DNA of 64,000 bases from Bacteroidales bacterium UBA4772 (GTDB taxonomy: Bacteria; Bacteroidota; Bacteroidia; Bacteroidales; VadinHA17), in contig DHHM01000023.1 in assembly GCA_002403305.1 (NCBI GenBank), positions 129,365 through 193,364 on the forward strand. Direction: 5' to 3'. The notes under the pieces were generated by a model. It was not told where the DNA came from. It did not search any database and saw only the letters and a list, made by a program, of their open reading frames with translations. The translations under genes and the position numbers were made by a program. How positions within the stretch are numbered: position 1 is the first letter of the stretch; each line of letters begins with the position of its first letter. Shown here one piece after another: positions 26,101 to 33,244 of this stretch.

Positions 26101-26192
26101 TTCTTGGAGGACTGCTCAGCTCCACGCTGCTGAATGTATTCATCATTCCCTCAGCTTATTATTTAATTGAAAAAAGAGACAAAAATGATTAA
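23103..26192 (+). CDS. CusA/CzcA-family heavy-metal efflux RND transporter
   Basis: 1029 aa, 12-TM RND architecture. N-terminus MLDKIIDYSLRNRLSIV.. and motifs such as GGMAIAIGSLVDDAII. Confidence 0.95.
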   Translation: MLDKIIDYSLRNRLSIVIGALLLIITGTIVTLRMDIDIFPELTAPTVVIMTEASGMAPEEVETLVSFPIETAVNGATSIRRVRSTSTMGFSIVFVEFDWGTDIYKARQTVAERLIQANAKLPEGIEKPVIAPQTSLLGEMMIIALESDTLTPMEIRTMADWTVAPRLLAVGGVAQVNVIGGDIKEYQILADPHKMDFFGVTMSELIDASKELNTNTSGSFINQYGSKYIVRGMARSDRLSDLANSVVKVSEGTPVRIGDIASVEIGSTPAIGTGSYRGRSAVLLTITRQPDANTVALAGDIKDVISDIQANAGSSLTFHDDIYNQAEFINTSIRNVLKALLEGGIFVVIILFLFLFNVRTTIISLLAMPLSLLVAIITLKFLGYTVNTMSLGGMAIAIGSLVDDAIIDVENIYRQLRKNVLLTPEKREPTTRVVFRASSEVRSSIWNATLIIIITFVPLFFLGDLEGRMLRPLGISFIVSLFASLIVAVTLTPVLSSYLLTDEKRLLRAVNGSWTERNLGRIYRNALQFTLNRSRWLIGLTAAIFLISVFMLTRAGSSFLPNFNEGALTVNISLTPGVSLEESAKIGVMAQEIMLDIPEVTSVACKTGRAELAEHFFSENMSELDVPFVLSGRSREEFFAEVRERLRVIPGASIEVGQPITHRMDRMLSGTKANIAIKLFGDDLNDLYRTANVIKSEIEDIPGIGDLNVEQLIEIPQLKIKPRREMLANYGIGMNSFNSFISYAIGGQTVSDVYEEEKRFPIVVRMNDEYRSTMEGIRSSLIDTHDGRKVPLSSVAEIESSSGPSLINRENVKRRIVISVNTDGRDVGSVVRDIRERINAEVTLPQNYHIEYGGQFESAANASRRLLTTSVIALLIIFLILYQEFRNSSLALIVLLNLPLALIGGIIAIKLSSNVVSIPSIIGFITLSGIATRNGILLISRYIRLKQEGRPLRERIISGSADRLNAILMTALTAALALIPLAMGGDRPGNEIQSPMAIVILGGLLSSTLLNVFIIPSAYYLIEKRDKND

Positions 26193-27366
26193 GAAACTAT
26201 TCATACTTACAGTGATCATTTTTATTGCCGTCCCGCTGTCAGCTCAATCAATTACGGAATATCTGGAAAGGGTTTCCGAAAACAATCCGTCGATTACCGC
26301 ATACAGAAAGCTGCTTGAGGCAAGACGAACTGAGGCACGGACCGGCAATGCCCCGCCAGATCCGTTCGTGTCTGCAGGTTTCATGCCCGGTAACACTGAT
26401 GCTGCCGGCAATAAAAAGACCTGGTCGGTATCACAGTCATTTGATTTCCCGACAAAATACCTGATGCAAAAGAAAATTAACAATAACACCATTATTCTTG
26501 CAGAACAGGAGTTTAGCCTGGGAAGGATGAATGCCCTTCTCGAAGCTGAACTCACAATATTTGACCTCATTTATAATACCAGGGCCCTTGAAAAATTGCT
26601 TGATAGGCAAAAGGGCTATGAGACACTGAAATCAACATGGGGAAGAATGATTGAAAACGGCGAAGCCACAATAATGGATTACAACAACATATTATTGGAA
26701 CTTTCCGTCGTGAGCCTTGAAATTAACCGGAGAGAATCGGAACGGGATATGCTCATGGAAAAGCTCCATTACATGAGCGGATCGGAAGCGGGAGAAATGG
26801 GATATGCTGATTACCCGGTTAAAGCATTGCCTGATCCGGAACTTCTGATAACCGAGAAATCCCGCTCTCACCCTGCCTTTCTCATTTCTGAGCTTGAATA
26901 TACTATCAGTCAGCAGGAGGTCAGACTAAGCAAAAACGCTTCCCTGCCTGGATTTCAGGTGGGTTACGGATCAGAAATCGTTGCAGGTACTGCGTACACC
27001 GGTCCGATTGCCGGACTGAGTATTCCTCTGTGGGCTAATTCAAACAGGGTCAGATCGGCTTCAGCAGCTGCGGATTATTCGGAAGCCCTGCGTGAAGCGA
27101 GATTGCTTGAACTGAAATTGCAGACAAGAAATGACCTTAACAGAGTCCTGGCATTGCAAAAAAGCATTTCAGAGATCAGGAGTATTATTGAAGCAGGAGG
27201 TGGAACAAAATATCCTGACAGGGCCCTTGCAGCAGGAGAAATTACTGTCGTAAACTATTTTGCATACCTGAAAGTCCTCTACGAATCGGAAGACCGGCTT
27301 ATGGAACTGGAAAACGAATATCATAAGGCGCTGGCAACCCTGCTGGACTACCGACTATGCCTGTGA
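26185..27366 (+). CDS. TolC-family outer-membrane efflux protein
   Basis: Start at MIKKLFILTVIIFIAVPLSAQ (signal peptide), overlapping the RND stop by 8 nt. Two-repeat OEP-like sequence. Confidence 0.8.
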   Translation: MIKKLFILTVIIFIAVPLSAQSITEYLERVSENNPSITAYRKLLEARRTEARTGNAPPDPFVSAGFMPGNTDAAGNKKTWSVSQSFDFPTKYLMQKKINNNTIILAEQEFSLGRMNALLEAELTIFDLIYNTRALEKLLDRQKGYETLKSTWGRMIENGEATIMDYNNILLELSVVSLEINRRESERDMLMEKLHYMSGSEAGEMGYADYPVKALPDPELLITEKSRSHPAFLISELEYTISQQEVRLSKNASLPGFQVGYGSEIVAGTAYTGPIAGLSIPLWANSNRVRSASAAADYSEALREARLLELKLQTRNDLNRVLALQKSISEIRSIIEAGGGTKYPDRALAAGEITVVNYFAYLKVLYESEDRLMELENEYHKALATLLDYRLCL

Positions 27367-27401
27367 AATTCAGTGCCGCGGCATCCACAAGGCTCAATGC
27401 C

Positions 27402-27737
27402 CTATTTCTTTTCTGATCCGGAATGGCATTTTGCAGGAGTGCACCCGGCTTCAGGACCGGTTTTTGTGCAGGTGGCTTTACAGGCTGCATCACACTCTCC
27501 ATCCTTGCATTTGGCGGGATCACAGTTCGCTGCCGAATGCTTTGCGTGAGACCCGGGTACCGGACTTTCGCCGACAGCCATTTCACAGGTGGCAGCAGAG
27601 GGGCATTTTGAACAGTCTTTAACGGATTCCGTTTTGGCTTTCTTTTCCTTCTTCTGATCATTCTGTGCATTGACCGTAGCTATTACAACAAACATCAGGA
27701 TTACAAGAGCTGAAATTCCAAGGATGACTTTCTTCAT
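27402..27737 (-). CDS. Secreted cysteine-rich small protein (putative periplasmic metal-binding protein)
   Basis: Signal peptide MKKVILGISALVILMFVVIATVNAQ. The mature ~85 aa has 10 Cys in CxxC / CxxxC / CKxxxC spacing plus His and Lys. Confidence 0.6.
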   Translation of the reverse strand: MKKVILGISALVILMFVVIATVNAQNDQKKEKKAKTESVKDCSKCPSAATCEMAVGESPVPGSHAKHSAANCDPAKCKDGECDAACKATCTKTGPEAGCTPAKCHSGSEKK

Positions 27738-27787
27738 GACTTTTTTGTTTTTGTTCGGTTCAAAATTAATTTAACAACAGCTTCATC

Positions 27788-27829
27788 ATGTTATACCGCA
27801 GTTAAATCATGTTATCCCGATGTTAAATC
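27788..27829. promoter_or_regulatory. Tandem 21-bp direct repeat = four GTTAWM half-sites at 10-11 bp spacing (putative OmpR-family regulator site)
   Basis: ATGTTATACCGCAGTTAAATC followed by ATGTTATCCCGATGTTAAATC. Half-sites begin at 27790, 27801, 27811 and 27822. It sits in the divergent spacer between the Cys-rich gene and the kinase gene. Confidence 0.4.
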
Positions 27830-27866
27830 TTCATCGGCTTAACGAAATCTGTGTATTTTTGAGCTT

Positions 27867-29138
27867 ATGAAGAAGTCGCGTGTTCAGCTTATTCTACTGA
27901 TATTGACCTTTGGAGCACTGTCAGCCCTTGTTGCAATCCAGGTCAGCTGGATTCTAAAGGCAGCCCGGATGCAAGAAGCCCAGTTCAACCATAGCGTTGA
28001 GATGGCAATGAACAGGATCGTGGAAAATCTTTCGCGAAACGAAGCCATTTGCAGCGAGGTAAACAATTGTCTGAGACAGGGCCGGCACGAATCATGCATG
28101 CTGGTGATGAAGACAAGGGAAGAATGGGAGAATATGAAATCGCTGATCCGGCAGGACCTTAATTTCTACGGAATAGGACTTGACTTTGAATTTGATATAA
28201 TAGGAGCAGACCAGGCTGCACAAATAACCCGGACAAAGAACACTTACCTCAGTAATGGCCTGGAAGAGATGCTGGAGAAATCAGGGTATAAACTCAGCTT
28301 GCGGTTTCCCGAGAAACGTGATTTCATTCTTGCCCAGATGGGTGATATCTTTATCTTTTCTATGTTGCTTCTGTTTTTGATATCTATCTCATTAATAATA
28401 ATATATACATACTACAGGCGGGAGAGGCTCCTGTCAGAGAGCATTGTGGATTTTGTTAACAATGTTACTCATGAGTTCAAAACCCCGCTGACCAACATAT
28501 CACTCGCAAACAGCATGCTCTCTAAAAACGAGAAAGTGGAAAACGATGAGAAACTGTCCTTTTACACCAATGTAATTAAAACCGAACAGGGCAAGCTGAA
28601 TGAGAAAGTTGAGAAGTTGCTTAAAACCGACTTTGCCGAGATTGACAGGTCGTTGCCCGCGGAGGAGATAGATGCCGCGGCAGTTGTGGAAGATATTACA
28701 GAAACGTTCAGAGTGCAGATTGAACAGAAGGGAGGGAAGATAGCTATTGAGAGGGCAGGAGACAGGTTCACGGTTACAGGAAATATTGACTTGTTTCATA
28801 TTGCCCTCGGGAACCTGGTTGACAATGCAGTTAAGTATTCGGGCCAGAGACCTGAAATATTAATAAGACTGACCTCTGGAGATCAGAAGCTTCACATTGT
28901 AATTGAGGACAACGGTCCCGGCATTACAAAGGAATACAGGGGAAAAGTATTTGAGAAGTATTTTCGTGTACCTGAAGGTAATACTCACAGTGTTGATGGC
29001 TTCGGCCTGGGACTATACCAGGTTCGGGGGATAATTTCAGGAATGAGAGGCAACATCAGAATCGTGAACAGGAAGGAGGGAGGCTTGGCGGTGACCCTCG
29101 AACTTCCTCTGGCTGAGCAAGATGACGGAAAATCATAA
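27867..29138 (+). CDS. Sensor histidine kinase (two TM, HisKA, HATPase)
   Basis: H-box VTHEFKTPLTNI, N-box LVDNAVKYS, G-boxes DNGPGI and GFGLGL. Confidence 0.85.
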   Translation: MKKSRVQLILLILTFGALSALVAIQVSWILKAARMQEAQFNHSVEMAMNRIVENLSRNEAICSEVNNCLRQGRHESCMLVMKTREEWENMKSLIRQDLNFYGIGLDFEFDIIGADQAAQITRTKNTYLSNGLEEMLEKSGYKLSLRFPEKRDFILAQMGDIFIFSMLLLFLISISLIIIYTYYRRERLLSESIVDFVNNVTHEFKTPLTNISLANSMLSKNEKVENDEKLSFYTNVIKTEQGKLNEKVEKLLKTDFAEIDRSLPAEEIDAAAVVEDITETFRVQIEQKGGKIAIERAGDRFTVTGNIDLFHIALGNLVDNAVKYSGQRPEILIRLTSGDQKLHIVIEDNGPGITKEYRGKVFEKYFRVPEGNTHSVDGFGLGLYQVRGIISGMRGNIRIVNRKEGGLAVTLELPLAEQDDGKS

Positions 29139-29832
29139 ACATACGAGAATACTGCTTGTTGAGGATGATCTCAACCTGGGTTTTTTGCTGGTAGATTTCC
29201 TTGAGTCAAACGGGTTTGAGGTTAAACTGTACCGCGATGGTCAGTCAGCACTGCAGGGATTCACAAGAGCCGGAGCTGACTTCTGCCTCATTGATATCAT
29301 GCTTCCCGGCATGGATGGATTTTCACTGACGGCCAGAATTAAAGAGCTTGACAGCAAGATTCCGGTAATCATCATCTCTGCACGCTCTCTCAAGGAAGAC
29401 AAGATCACCGGGTTTCGCCTCGGGGTAGATGACTACATAACCAAGCCGTTCGACGAGGAAGAGCTCCTCTACAGGATCAGGGCGGTGCTCGGCAGGACGG
29501 CCCGGTCCGTAACCGAGTCACCTGATGAAGCAGAGATCATCAATATCGGCCGGTTTGCGTTTGACCCTAAGAATCTCAGTCTGATAAAGGGGGACAATTC
29601 ACAGAGAATGACAATAAAGGAGAGCAGAATACTCGGTAAACTTGCCACTTCCGTTAATAATATTGTTACCCGTGAAGAGATAATGATTGATGTATGGGGC
29701 GAAGCTGATTACTATACAGGCCGAAGTCTTGATGTATTTATATCCAAATTGCGGGGCTATCTTAAAGGTGATCCCTCGGTCCGGATTGTTACGATCCCCA
29801 CACTTGGTTACAAGCTTGAAATAAAGAACTGA
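29122..29832 (+). CDS. OmpR/PhoB-family response regulator
   Basis: Receiver (ILLVEDDLNLG...DIMLPGMDG...DDYITKPF) plus winged-helix trans_reg_C (..TLGYKLE). Overlaps the kinase gene by 17 nt. Confidence 0.9.
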   Translation: MTENHKHTRILLVEDDLNLGFLLVDFLESNGFEVKLYRDGQSALQGFTRAGADFCLIDIMLPGMDGFSLTARIKELDSKIPVIIISARSLKEDKITGFRLGVDDYITKPFDEEELLYRIRAVLGRTARSVTESPDEAEIINIGRFAFDPKNLSLIKGDNSQRMTIKESRILGKLATSVNNIVTREEIMIDVWGEADYYTGRSLDVFISKLRGYLKGDPSVRIVTIPTLGYKLEIKN

Positions 29833-30129
29833 TTGCCGATTATCAGGTCAATAAAAAGTGAAGGTACAGGAACATTTGGCTGGTTTAGGCTGGAAGATAC
29901 TGAACCGGTAAGCCGTGAACCCGGGGTACAAGTAACTGGATAATTGTCACGGTTGCAGCTGTCATCTTCATCACTATCATCTGTCTGGCGGACAATATGG
30001 ACGACTTCAGAAAGAACTTCTGACATTGATCCGGTTTGGTCCTGGTAACTGTGATGGTCATCCGGCTTTAGAGCTTAAAATTGTTACGCATTCTCGATTT
30101 TTGCAGTTATATAAAAATTCTAATGTTCT

Positions 30130-30149
30130 ATTTCGTAAATTTACGAAAT
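30130..30149. promoter_or_regulatory. Palindromic operator copy 4 (perfect 20-bp palindrome)
   Basis: ATTTCGTAAATTTACGAAAT is a perfect 10+10 palindrome with the same TTTCG-N8-CGAAA core as copies 1-3. It is followed by tga and then a TATATTTG box. Confidence 0.5.
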
Positions 30150-30152
30150 GAT

Positions 30153-30160
30153 TATATTTG
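30153..30160 (+). promoter_or_regulatory. -7 box (TAnnTTTG) candidate for the rhodanese-arsC-arsM-acr3 operon
   Basis: TATATTTG, 4 nt after the palindrome and 58 nt before the ATG at 30218. Confidence 0.4.
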
Positions 30161-30217
30161 AATGCTGAAACGGCAGGAAACAGTCCGGTACAAAACTAAT
30201 ATCCTTGGTAAGGGGCT

Positions 30218-30631
30218 ATGTCTGAATTGTATCATAACAAGGGATTCTGCAGCGGAGGGTTCTTGAATCTCACTCCGCGTGAAGCTTATGCCGAAGCCAC
30301 CGAGGGCGGTGCAGTGATTTTGGATGTCAGGGAGGAGAGGCTGACAGGCTACAAGAATTTTGATGTTCCCCGATTGCTCCATTTACCTAAGAGCAGAATC
30401 GAAAAGGATTATGTTGATCTGTCGCACGAACAGCCGCTTATCATTGCCGACTCAGTTGGTTTGAGAAGCCACGAGATCATGGAGTTTCTCCTGGCAAAGG
30501 GATTTGCCAATATTGCTAACCTTGCCGGAGGGATAGTGGCGTGGGAGCAGGACGGCTTACCGCTGAAAATAGACATCACTGAGCAACTGAGCGGATCATG
30601 CACCTGTCAATTAAGGCCGAGGAATAAATAA
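30218..30631 (+). CDS. Rhodanese-homology-domain protein with Asp in place of the catalytic Cys
   Basis: ..PLIIADSVGLRSHE..LAGGIVAWEQDG.. The CxxGxRS loop reads DSVGLRS. C-terminal tail has SGSCTCQ. Confidence 0.75.
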   Translation: MSELYHNKGFCSGGFLNLTPREAYAEATEGGAVILDVREERLTGYKNFDVPRLLHLPKSRIEKDYVDLSHEQPLIIADSVGLRSHEIMEFLLAKGFANIANLAGGIVAWEQDGLPLKIDITEQLSGSCTCQLRPRNK

Positions 30632-30643
30632 GAGGCAGTAGTG

Positions 30644-30692
30644 AAGAATTAAGAATTAAGAATTAAGAATTAAAGATTATGAATTAAAGATC
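30644..30692. repeat. Tandem heptamer array (AAGAATT x4 plus 3 degenerate units)
   Basis: aagaatt aagaatt aagaatt aagaatt aaagatt atgaatt aaagatc. Confidence 0.8.
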
Positions 30693-30749
30693 AGATACTT
30701 AGACTGCATGTATCTAAGACTGCACGACCTTCAGTCTTTAGACTTTTTG

Positions 30750-30906
30750 GACCTTCAGACTTCAGACTTTCAGACCTTCAGACCTTCAGACTTTCAGACT
30801 TCAGACCTTCAGACTTTCAGACTTCAGACCTTCAGACTTTCAGACCTCAGACCTTCAGACCTCAGACCTCAGACCTTCAGACCTCAGACCTTCAGACTTA
30901 AGACCC
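30750..30906. repeat. Tandem 7-8-nt array (GACYTYCA-type units, ~21 copies, with a 23-nt higher-order period)
   Basis: gaccttca/gacttca/gactttca/gacctca units run uninterrupted for 157 bp and end 18 nt before the arsC ATG. Degenerate units extend back to ~30698. Confidence 0.85.
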
Positions 30907-30924
30907 GATTAAAAGACAAATATT

Positions 30925-31368
30925 ATGCGCAAAATAAAAATACTTATACTCTGTACGGGCAACAGCTGCCGCAGCCAGATGGCTCACGGCTTCCTGCAGT
31001 CGTTTGACAAAACGCTTTATGTGAGGTCAGGCGGTACTGAGCCTGCTGCCTATATAAATACAAAAGCCGTGGAGGTCATGGCTGATTTGGGGATTGATAT
31101 AAGTCACCACACTCCTCACCTGGTTGACGAATATCTTGGCGAAGAGTGGGATTATGTGATCACCGTTTGTGACCATGCCAATGAAACCTGTCCCGCCTTC
31201 TTCGGTAAGGTGAAGCACCGCCTTCATTTCGGCTTTAAAGACCCTTCGCATGCCACAGGAACTCCCGAATTCATACATGGAGAGTATATCCGCATTCGCG
31301 ATCTGATACAGAAAACATTCTATAAGTTTTACCGGGAAAATATACTAAACGCTGATGAATCCATCTGA
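30925..31368 (+). CDS. arsC: Arsenate reductase, LMW-PTPase (thioredoxin-coupled) type
   Basis: P-loop ILCTGNSCRSQMA plus downstream Cys pair VCDHANETCP. Confidence 0.9.
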   Translation: MRKIKILILCTGNSCRSQMAHGFLQSFDKTLYVRSGGTEPAAYINTKAVEVMADLGIDISHHTPHLVDEYLGEEWDYVITVCDHANETCPAFFGKVKHRLHFGFKDPSHATGTPEFIHGEYIRIRDLIQKTFYKFYRENILNADESI

Positions 31369-32134
31369 TTTAAAATTAATCGTAAAGGAAAAATACGGAA
31401 AAATAGCTCTTTCCAATGCGGGAGATGCGCAATCATGCTGTTCTACAGGCAGTTGTTGCAGCTATGAGGGGTATTCCACCTTTAATGAAAGCTATGAACA
31501 TCTGCCGGGTTATAACCCTGACGCTGATCTCAGCCTGGGTTGCGGTATTCCTGTAGATTTTGCAGCAATAAAACCCGGCGACCATGTGCTTGACCTTGGT
31601 TGCGGTGCAGGAAATGATTGCTTCGTTGCCCGCTCGCTTACCGGAGAGACCGGGCACGTAACAGGTCTGGATTTTACCGGACCGATGCTTCTGAAGGCAG
31701 AAGAGAACAGGAAGAAACTCGGTTATTCAAACGTTACATTTGTTGAAGGCGATATTGAGGTGATGCCCCTGCCTGAGAATCATTATGATGTGGTGATCTC
31801 CAACTGTGTAATCAATCTGGTTCCGGATAAGCGAAAAGCATTTGCCGAAATCATGCGCGTCCTGAAACCCCAAGGCCATTTCTGCATATCAGATGTGGTA
31901 ATAAAAGGAGCCCTGACTGATGAGATGAGGTCTGACGTTGAAGCATATGCAGGATGCGTTTCAGGGGCGATAGATTACAGCGATTACATTAATTTAATAA
32001 GTGAAACCGGGTTTAAGGATATCAGGGTTGAACGGGAAAAGAGGATTGAAGTGCCTGAAAATTTAACTCCCCTGCCTTCGGGGGATGAGACTGGCGGAGT
32101 TTACAGCATCACAGTGGCAGGTTTCAAGTCGTGA
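31355..32134 (+). CDS. arsM: Arsenite S-adenosylmethionine methyltransferase
   Basis: N-terminal Cys pairs (SCCSTGSCCS), SAM motif VLDLGCGAGNDCF, and a later Cys (YAGCVSGA). Overlaps arsC by 14 nt. Confidence 0.85.
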   Translation: MNPSDLKLIVKEKYGKIALSNAGDAQSCCSTGSCCSYEGYSTFNESYEHLPGYNPDADLSLGCGIPVDFAAIKPGDHVLDLGCGAGNDCFVARSLTGETGHVTGLDFTGPMLLKAEENRKKLGYSNVTFVEGDIEVMPLPENHYDVVISNCVINLVPDKRKAFAEIMRVLKPQGHFCISDVVIKGALTDEMRSDVEAYAGCVSGAIDYSDYINLISETGFKDIRVEREKRIEVPENLTPLPSGDETGGVYSITVAGFKS

Positions 32135-32173
32135 TTAAAGATTTTCAAAATCATTACTTTAACCTTTGTAACT

Positions 32174-33244
32174 ATGTCGACCACAAAAAAACTTTCATTC
32201 TTCGACCGTTACCTGACACTCTGGATTTTTCTTGGGATGTTTGCCGGTGTTCTGATCGGCTGGCTTGCACCGGGCATTTCTGGCTTCTGGGATTCGCTCA
32301 GTGTTGGCACTACAAATATTCCGATTGCTGTCGGACTGATCCTGATGATGTATCCGCCCCTCGCAAAAGTAAAATATGAGAAGATGCCTCTGGTCTTTAA
32401 GAACCTGAAGCTGCTCGGCCTGTCGCTTACTCAAAACTGGATTGTCGGGCCGCTTGTAATGTTCTTTCTGGCAATAATTTTCCTTCATAATCATCCCGGG
32501 CTAATGGTCGGTGTAATCCTGGTAGGTCTTGCCCGCTGTATTGCCATGGTTCTTGTCTGGAATGATCTTGCAAAGGGAGACACAGAACTGGCGGCGGGAC
32601 TGGTCGCCTTCAATGCAATCTTCCAGGTGTTTCTATACAGCGTCTATGCCTATGTATTCATTACTCTGCTTCCGCCGCTTTTTGGACTTAGCGGTGCTGT
32701 TGTGGAGGTCTCTATCTCTGAGATTGCAATTACCGTGCTAATCTACCTGGGCATACCTTTTGCCGCCGGTCTGCTCTCAAGCCTTCTCCTGCGCAAATGG
32801 AAAGGCGACGGATGGTATTTCAGTAAGTTCATTCCGAAAGTGTCATGGCTGACGCCCATAGCCCTGTTGTTTACGATTTTTGTAATGTTCTCGCTCAAAG
32901 GAGAGAAGATCATTGAATTACCACTGGATGTGATCAGGGTGGCAGTTCCGTTTACAATCTACTTTGCATTCATGTTCTTCGTGACATTATTCATTGCAAG
33001 GTGGATGGGCAACGGGTATGAGAAATCCACCACGCTTGCATTTACTGCCGGCAGCAATGACTTTGAACTGGCTATAGCGGTAGCGGTAGCGGTCTTTGGC
33101 ATCAACTCGCAGGCTGCTTTTGCAACGGTCATCGGCCCGCTAGTTGAAGTCCCCGTACTGATCCTGCTCGTAAATGTAGCACTCAGAATGAAAACGAAGC
33201 TTTTCAACCCTGATCCTGTTTCCGCCGGAACAGCCGGGGAATGA
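32174..33244 (+). CDS. acr3: ACR3-family arsenite efflux transporter
   Basis: [13 protein letters not shown].. N-terminus, [12 protein letters not shown] (conserved Cys), 10-TM profile, 356 aa. Confidence 0.9.
   Translation: MSTTKKLSFFDRYLTLWIFLGMFAGVLIGWLAPGISGFWDSLSVGTTNIPIAVGLILMMYPPLAKVKYEKMPLVFKNLKLLGLSLTQNWIVGPLVMFFLAIIFLHNHPGLMVGVILVGLARCIAMVLVWNDLAKGDTELAAGLVAFNAIFQVFLYSVYAYVFITLLPPLFGLSGAVVEVSISEIAITVLIYLGIPFAAGLLSSLLLRKWKGDGWYFSKFIPKVSWLTPIALLFTIFVMFSLKGEKIIELPLDVIRVAVPFTIYFAFMFFVTLFIARWMGNGYEKSTTLAFTAGSNDFELAIAVAVAVFGINSQAAFATVIGPLVEVPVLILLVNVALRMKTKLFNPDPVSAGTAGE

Noticed and set aside
27374-27383. Perfect 10-bp palindrome tgccgcggca between the TolC gene and the Cys-rich gene as a terminator
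   Set aside because: There are no loop nucleotides and no flanking T-tract, so it cannot form a stable terminator hairpin. It is possibly a restriction-type palindrome occurring by chance.
21409-29832. Calling the metal-efflux block a mobile element or genomic island
   Set aside because: No integrase, transposase, relaxase, tRNA target or recognisable terminal repeats are visible. Only the context (split ars cluster, truncated gene) suggests insertion. It is reported as an inference, not as a mobile_element feature.
29808-30026. 72-aa minus-strand ORF in the spacer right of the efflux block, a possible degenerate thioredoxin-type remnant (..NYPVTCTPGSRLTGSVSSS.. versus ..NYGVMTTPALVVNEKVV..)
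   Set aside because: The resemblance is short. The CXXC position is not conserved (TGSMSE), the spacing differs by ~6 residues, and the orientation is opposite to the 21355 stub. It cannot be distinguished from chance by eye. A TBLASTN or profile alignment would decide.
30644-30906. Possible CRISPR array
   Set aside because: The units are 7-8 nt and directly abutting, with no unique spacers, and there are no cas genes in the window. This is a microsatellite-type tandem repeat. The same reasoning applies to 15134-15380.
30708-31007. 99-aa plus-strand ORF (..SDFQTFRPSDFQTSDLQTFRLQTFRL..)
   Set aside because: It is simply the translation of the 7-8-nt tandem array. It runs into arsC in another frame and has low-complexity periodic sequence with no start context. 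I treated it as non-coding repeat.
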